DNA from: a virus
Taxonomy: Duplodnaviria > Caudoviricetes
Direction: 5' to 3' (one strand)
IMG/VR virus record: IMGVR_UViG_3300032243_000118
Location: 1-29,090 of that record
Length of the DNA: 29,090 nucleotides
Shown here: piece after piece, positions 26,330-29,090 of the stretch
Layout: each line of letters opens with the position of its first letter
Position numbering within the stretch: the stretch's first letter is position 1
The notes under the pieces: generated by a model
The model's database searches: none
What the model saw: the letters and a program-made list of their open reading frames with translations, nothing else
Told to the model about the DNA's origin: nothing
Made by a program: the position numbers and the translations under genes

Positions 26330-26374
26330 AAAAAAAAGTTAGACCCACATCCTTTCCCTGATGCAGGTCTAACT
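26330..26374 (-). terminator. Intrinsic terminator between protease and capsid genes
   Basis: AGTTAGACC/GGTCTAACT stem at 26337..26374, followed by a long U run. Confidence 0.85.
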
Positions 26375-26384
26375 AAGAGAAAGT

Positions 26385-28688
26385 TTAGAACGCTTTAAGC
26401 ATTAGATCAAGTTGCTTACGCTTGATCTCAAGTAGATCGTTCTGATTAGGAACATCTGCCCGTAGCTTTGAAACAACTTCGCTAATCAAATTCGCATGAT
26501 CGGCTTCTAAAGTTTCGCCTGCTTCTAGTCGTGTGATCGCATCGCTTAAGGCATCTACATCTACGGCAGTACGAGTTGCAAGAATGTCTAATGAACGAAC
26601 GCTTGCAGTTGTCGCTTCGTAAGCAGGGAATCCAGTCACAATAGAAACTTCATGCAAACGAACTTGATGGAGTTCGCGTGTGTTTCCATCTTGACTCCAT
26701 GAATCACCTTTAGGTGGAACGCTAAAGCCAAATGACATTGAAGAAACATCGCCACGCTTCATAAGTACCGATAGATCGCGCCCGGAAGTCGTGTCTGGTA
26801 GATCGGCAGTTGCAAGTAATCCGCGTGAATCTTCAGTTAGTCGTAAAGTTCCAGCGCGAGTTGAACCTAAAACTACGTCTGTGTTGTGGTTCATAAACAG
26901 TTTGATTTCGTTTCGAGATTTTAACGAACGCTTAAATGCACCTTCTTTGATTACTTCAGTAAACGGCAACGGCTCACTAGGACTATTGAATACGGCTGCG
27001 TATCCTGTAAAACTCATACCATCGATTGATGCTTCAGCTGCGCGAATGTCAAACTCAACATTATTAACGCGGCGTTCTACTGTAGTTTCCATTGACTGCC
27101 CTTCTTTACTTCTTAAGTTTAACGTGACTGATTTCCAACGTGCATTCATTTCATTAACTGTTTCAGTCATTGATTCTTGTATGCCTAAGTAACTTTCAGG
27201 AATAACCCAAAGTTTGCAGATCGCTTCAGGCTCAATCATGCCTTCGACTATCTGACATTGTTGCGCGTTTTCATTGTAAAAAATGCAGTTGTTACAAATT
27301 AGTCCATCAGCCTTAAAAGGATTGTTAGCCGCTGGCGCGTAGTGCGCTCCATCTGCATCTGTTGATTGGTTATACATTCCGTATTCCAAAGCAACATTGG
27401 CTTGATTCTCTGCTTGTTCTTGCTGGCGATCATTAAGCAAATCCCATTCGCCTACATCGCGGATTTCATAACCAGTCATTTTGTTACTCCTATTTGCTTG
27501 ATCAAGTTTAACGCGATCAGAAACTGCTTGTGCATAATCTAAGGTTCGTTGTGCTTGTCTGCGGTTTGATCCTGAACCCCAAAGTAAATGAGCAACCACA
27601 CCCGGTGATGGGTAGTTAGGTGAAGTTGGATCGGCATCTAGTGAATCTAGATCGCCAATGTGTCGCGCAATCCAAGCTGCAAGTCGAACCCATTTATCAT
27701 CTGAAACTTTGCCATCTGCCATCAATCGTGCTTCGCGTATGGTTCTTTCAACTAAACCTTGACCACCTTTGCCCTCTGCGTAGTAGGCAAGACCACGCCT
27801 AGCGTTGGCTCTCATGTAAGCAGGAGCATCTTGATTTACTGCGCGAGATTCTAGGCTTCGCATTGACTCTAGTTCTGATGGATGAATTGACTTAATGCCT
27901 AATGCTTCAAATGCCTTGCGATTGGCTTCATCATTATCAATGGCTAGAACAATGTCATAACGAGTAAGTAATCTTTTGGCTATTGATGCTTTCCATTCTG
28001 GCGTTGGCTGATCAACATCTTTCATGAATAGCGCGGTGTAATTAACTCCAAATTCATCTAGTTGCTTTACAGTTTCTTCACGTTGCGCAACTGGTCTAGC
28101 AGTAACAATCATCTTGCGCCCATCCATAGCGTTTATGGCATCTATAACGCCTTGCATGGGTTTGCCGAAGTGAATCAAAGTATCGTCAATGTCCACGATT
28201 ATTGCCTTTGGATCACCAACTGCGCGAGTCATGTCTTGAATCAAAGTTTCATTTTGTGCTTGTGGTAACTGCTCAAGTTTCGTTAATGGTGCTAATCGCT
28301 TCATCACGAATAGTTGTGTATCTTGCAGACCCCCGTTAAACATTTCATAAACCTGAATACTTGCAACTGGTGATTCTTGCGTTGCGATCATCTGACCGCC
28401 TGTTGGAGTATTGACTTGACCAAAAGTTGAGATGAAAGTTATTTCACCATATAAAGTATTTCCAGTTTCATCCCATGAAACATAATCGCCAACTACTAAT
28501 TCATAAAGCAAAGCCCGCATTGAATCTTTGAGTTCGCCACCGGGAACAATCTTTTCAGCTAGGGAAACGGCAACCATCTGATCAATTGCGCCTTGCTTGT
28601 TTGCATGGCAACCAACGACTTCACCATCGGCCTTGACAGTTGCCCAACCGTTGCATGAAGTTTCTTTATCTGTGATGAAATACGGCAT
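26385..28688 (-). CDS. Multidomain prohead protease (767 aa): unknown domains, HAD phosphatase, HiPIP-like 4-Cys domain, HK97 S78 protease
   Basis: Protease motifs FTGYAAVF, MNHN, SMSFGF, LHEVSIVTGFPAY; HAD motif DIDDTL; start refined to MPYFITD by TGATG coupling. Confidence 0.9.
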   Translation of the reverse strand: MPYFITDKETSCNGWATVKADGEVVGCHANKQGAIDQMVAVSLAEKIVPGGELKDSMRALLYELVVGDYVSWDETGNTLYGEITFISTFGQVNTPTGGQMIATQESPVASIQVYEMFNGGLQDTQLFVMKRLAPLTKLEQLPQAQNETLIQDMTRAVGDPKAIIVDIDDTLIHFGKPMQGVIDAINAMDGRKMIVTARPVAQREETVKQLDEFGVNYTALFMKDVDQPTPEWKASIAKRLLTRYDIVLAIDNDEANRKAFEALGIKSIHPSELESMRSLESRAVNQDAPAYMRANARRGLAYYAEGKGGQGLVERTIREARLMADGKVSDDKWVRLAAWIARHIGDLDSLDADPTSPNYPSPGVVAHLLWGSGSNRRQAQRTLDYAQAVSDRVKLDQANRSNKMTGYEIRDVGEWDLLNDRQQEQAENQANVALEYGMYNQSTDADGAHYAPAANNPFKADGLICNNCIFYNENAQQCQIVEGMIEPEAICKLWVIPESYLGIQESMTETVNEMNARWKSVTLNLRSKEGQSMETTVERRVNNVEFDIRAAEASIDGMSFTGYAAVFNSPSEPLPFTEVIKEGAFKRSLKSRNEIKLFMNHNTDVVLGSTRAGTLRLTEDSRGLLATADLPDTTSGRDLSVLMKRGDVSSMSFGFSVPPKGDSWSQDGNTRELHQVRLHEVSIVTGFPAYEATTASVRSLDILATRTAVDVDALSDAITRLEAGETLEADHANLISEVVSKLRADVPNQNDLLEIKRKQLDLMLKAF

Positions 28689-28954
28689 CAGTCTTGTGTC
28701 TGCCTTAACCAAGAAACTTGATGTGATCCAGTTGCGCTAATTGCGTGTAACGCTTCGCCCGGATTCATAATAAGTTCAATGCTATCTAACTTCATCAAAC
28801 GCAAACCGTTAGTAGTTGTAACTGAACCATTGCCTAAAAATAGATCATTCGTATTGTCGTTATTGTGAACGTGCAAACGAGATGGACTCGTTGAGATTCC
28901 ATCTATCGCAGTCGCTGAAGTTGTGACTAATAGCTGACCTGAAGTTATAGCCAT
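28688..28954 (-). CDS. Small beta-sandwich virion/decoration protein
   Basis: 88 aa; LHVHNND...LFLGNGSVTTTNGLRL; lies in the head operon. Confidence 0.6.
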   Translation of the reverse strand: MAITSGQLLVTTSATAIDGISTSPSRLHVHNNDNTNDLFLGNGSVTTTNGLRLMKLDSIELIMNPGEALHAISATGSHQVSWLRQTQD

Positions 28955-28967
28955 GATTAACCCAGTA

Positions 28968-29090
28968 AATCTAGTTCTTCTTGGTGAACAGTAATTGCAG
29001 TTTCAAGCGTGACCAATGCAGCCATTGACGATGCAACCGATTCAGCATCGTTGATTTTTTCAGCGATCTGACGGTTAAGTTCATGCTGAT
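28968..29090. repeat. Terminal direct repeat, copy 2
   Basis: Identical to 1..123. Confidence 0.97.

Noticed and set aside
26337-26374. SD-like loop AGGGAAAGG plus AUG-UGG-GUC-UAA mini-ORF as an attenuator
   Set aside because: SD-AUG spacing is too short and a plain terminator explains the structure.
328-28268. All plus-strand ORFs in the track (e.g. 889..1209, 20227..20601, 26791..27192)
   Set aside because: They are antisense shadows of well-supported minus-strand genes, with no recognisable motifs.
1-29090. tRNA genes or stop-codon reassignment
   Set aside because: Intergenic gaps are short with no cloverleaf seen, and TAA, TAG and TGA all terminate full-length genes normally.

Overview
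The window is an apparently complete, circularly assembled genome of a small siphovirus-type tailed phage. Bases 1..123 are repeated exactly at 28968..29090, leaving 28,967 unique bp. Every credible gene lies on the minus strand. Two WhiB genes, an M23 endolysin and leaderless TANNNT promoters point to an actinobacterial host, and the AT-rich sequence suggests a low-GC freshwater lineage (inference). Transcription order: HNH, ParB-like, TerS, TerL, portal, five fibre/decoration-like genes, a large multidomain prohead protease, HK97 capsid, three glycosyltransferases, head-tail and tail genes with a -1 frameshift chaperone, lysis, metallophosphoesterase module, RHH regulator, replication initiator with iterons, WhiB, Rad52-like SSAP, RusA, WhiB, SSB, HNH and a proteasome-beta-like Ntn protease. 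No integrase, polymerase, tRNA or CRISPR array was seen. The most interesting signals are: (1) a 767-aa prohead protease carrying HAD phosphatase and HiPIP-like 4-Cys domains separated by R-A/S/D motifs, a candidate self-cleaving cargo polyprotein; (2) a terminator loop antisense to an ACAAAGCA motif at four early-gene starts; (3) a capsid-linked three-glycosyltransferase cassette; (4) a catalytically intact proteasome-beta-like protease; (5) twin GAGC-loop hairpins in the capsid leader. All product calls come from motif recognition by eye; no database search was run.
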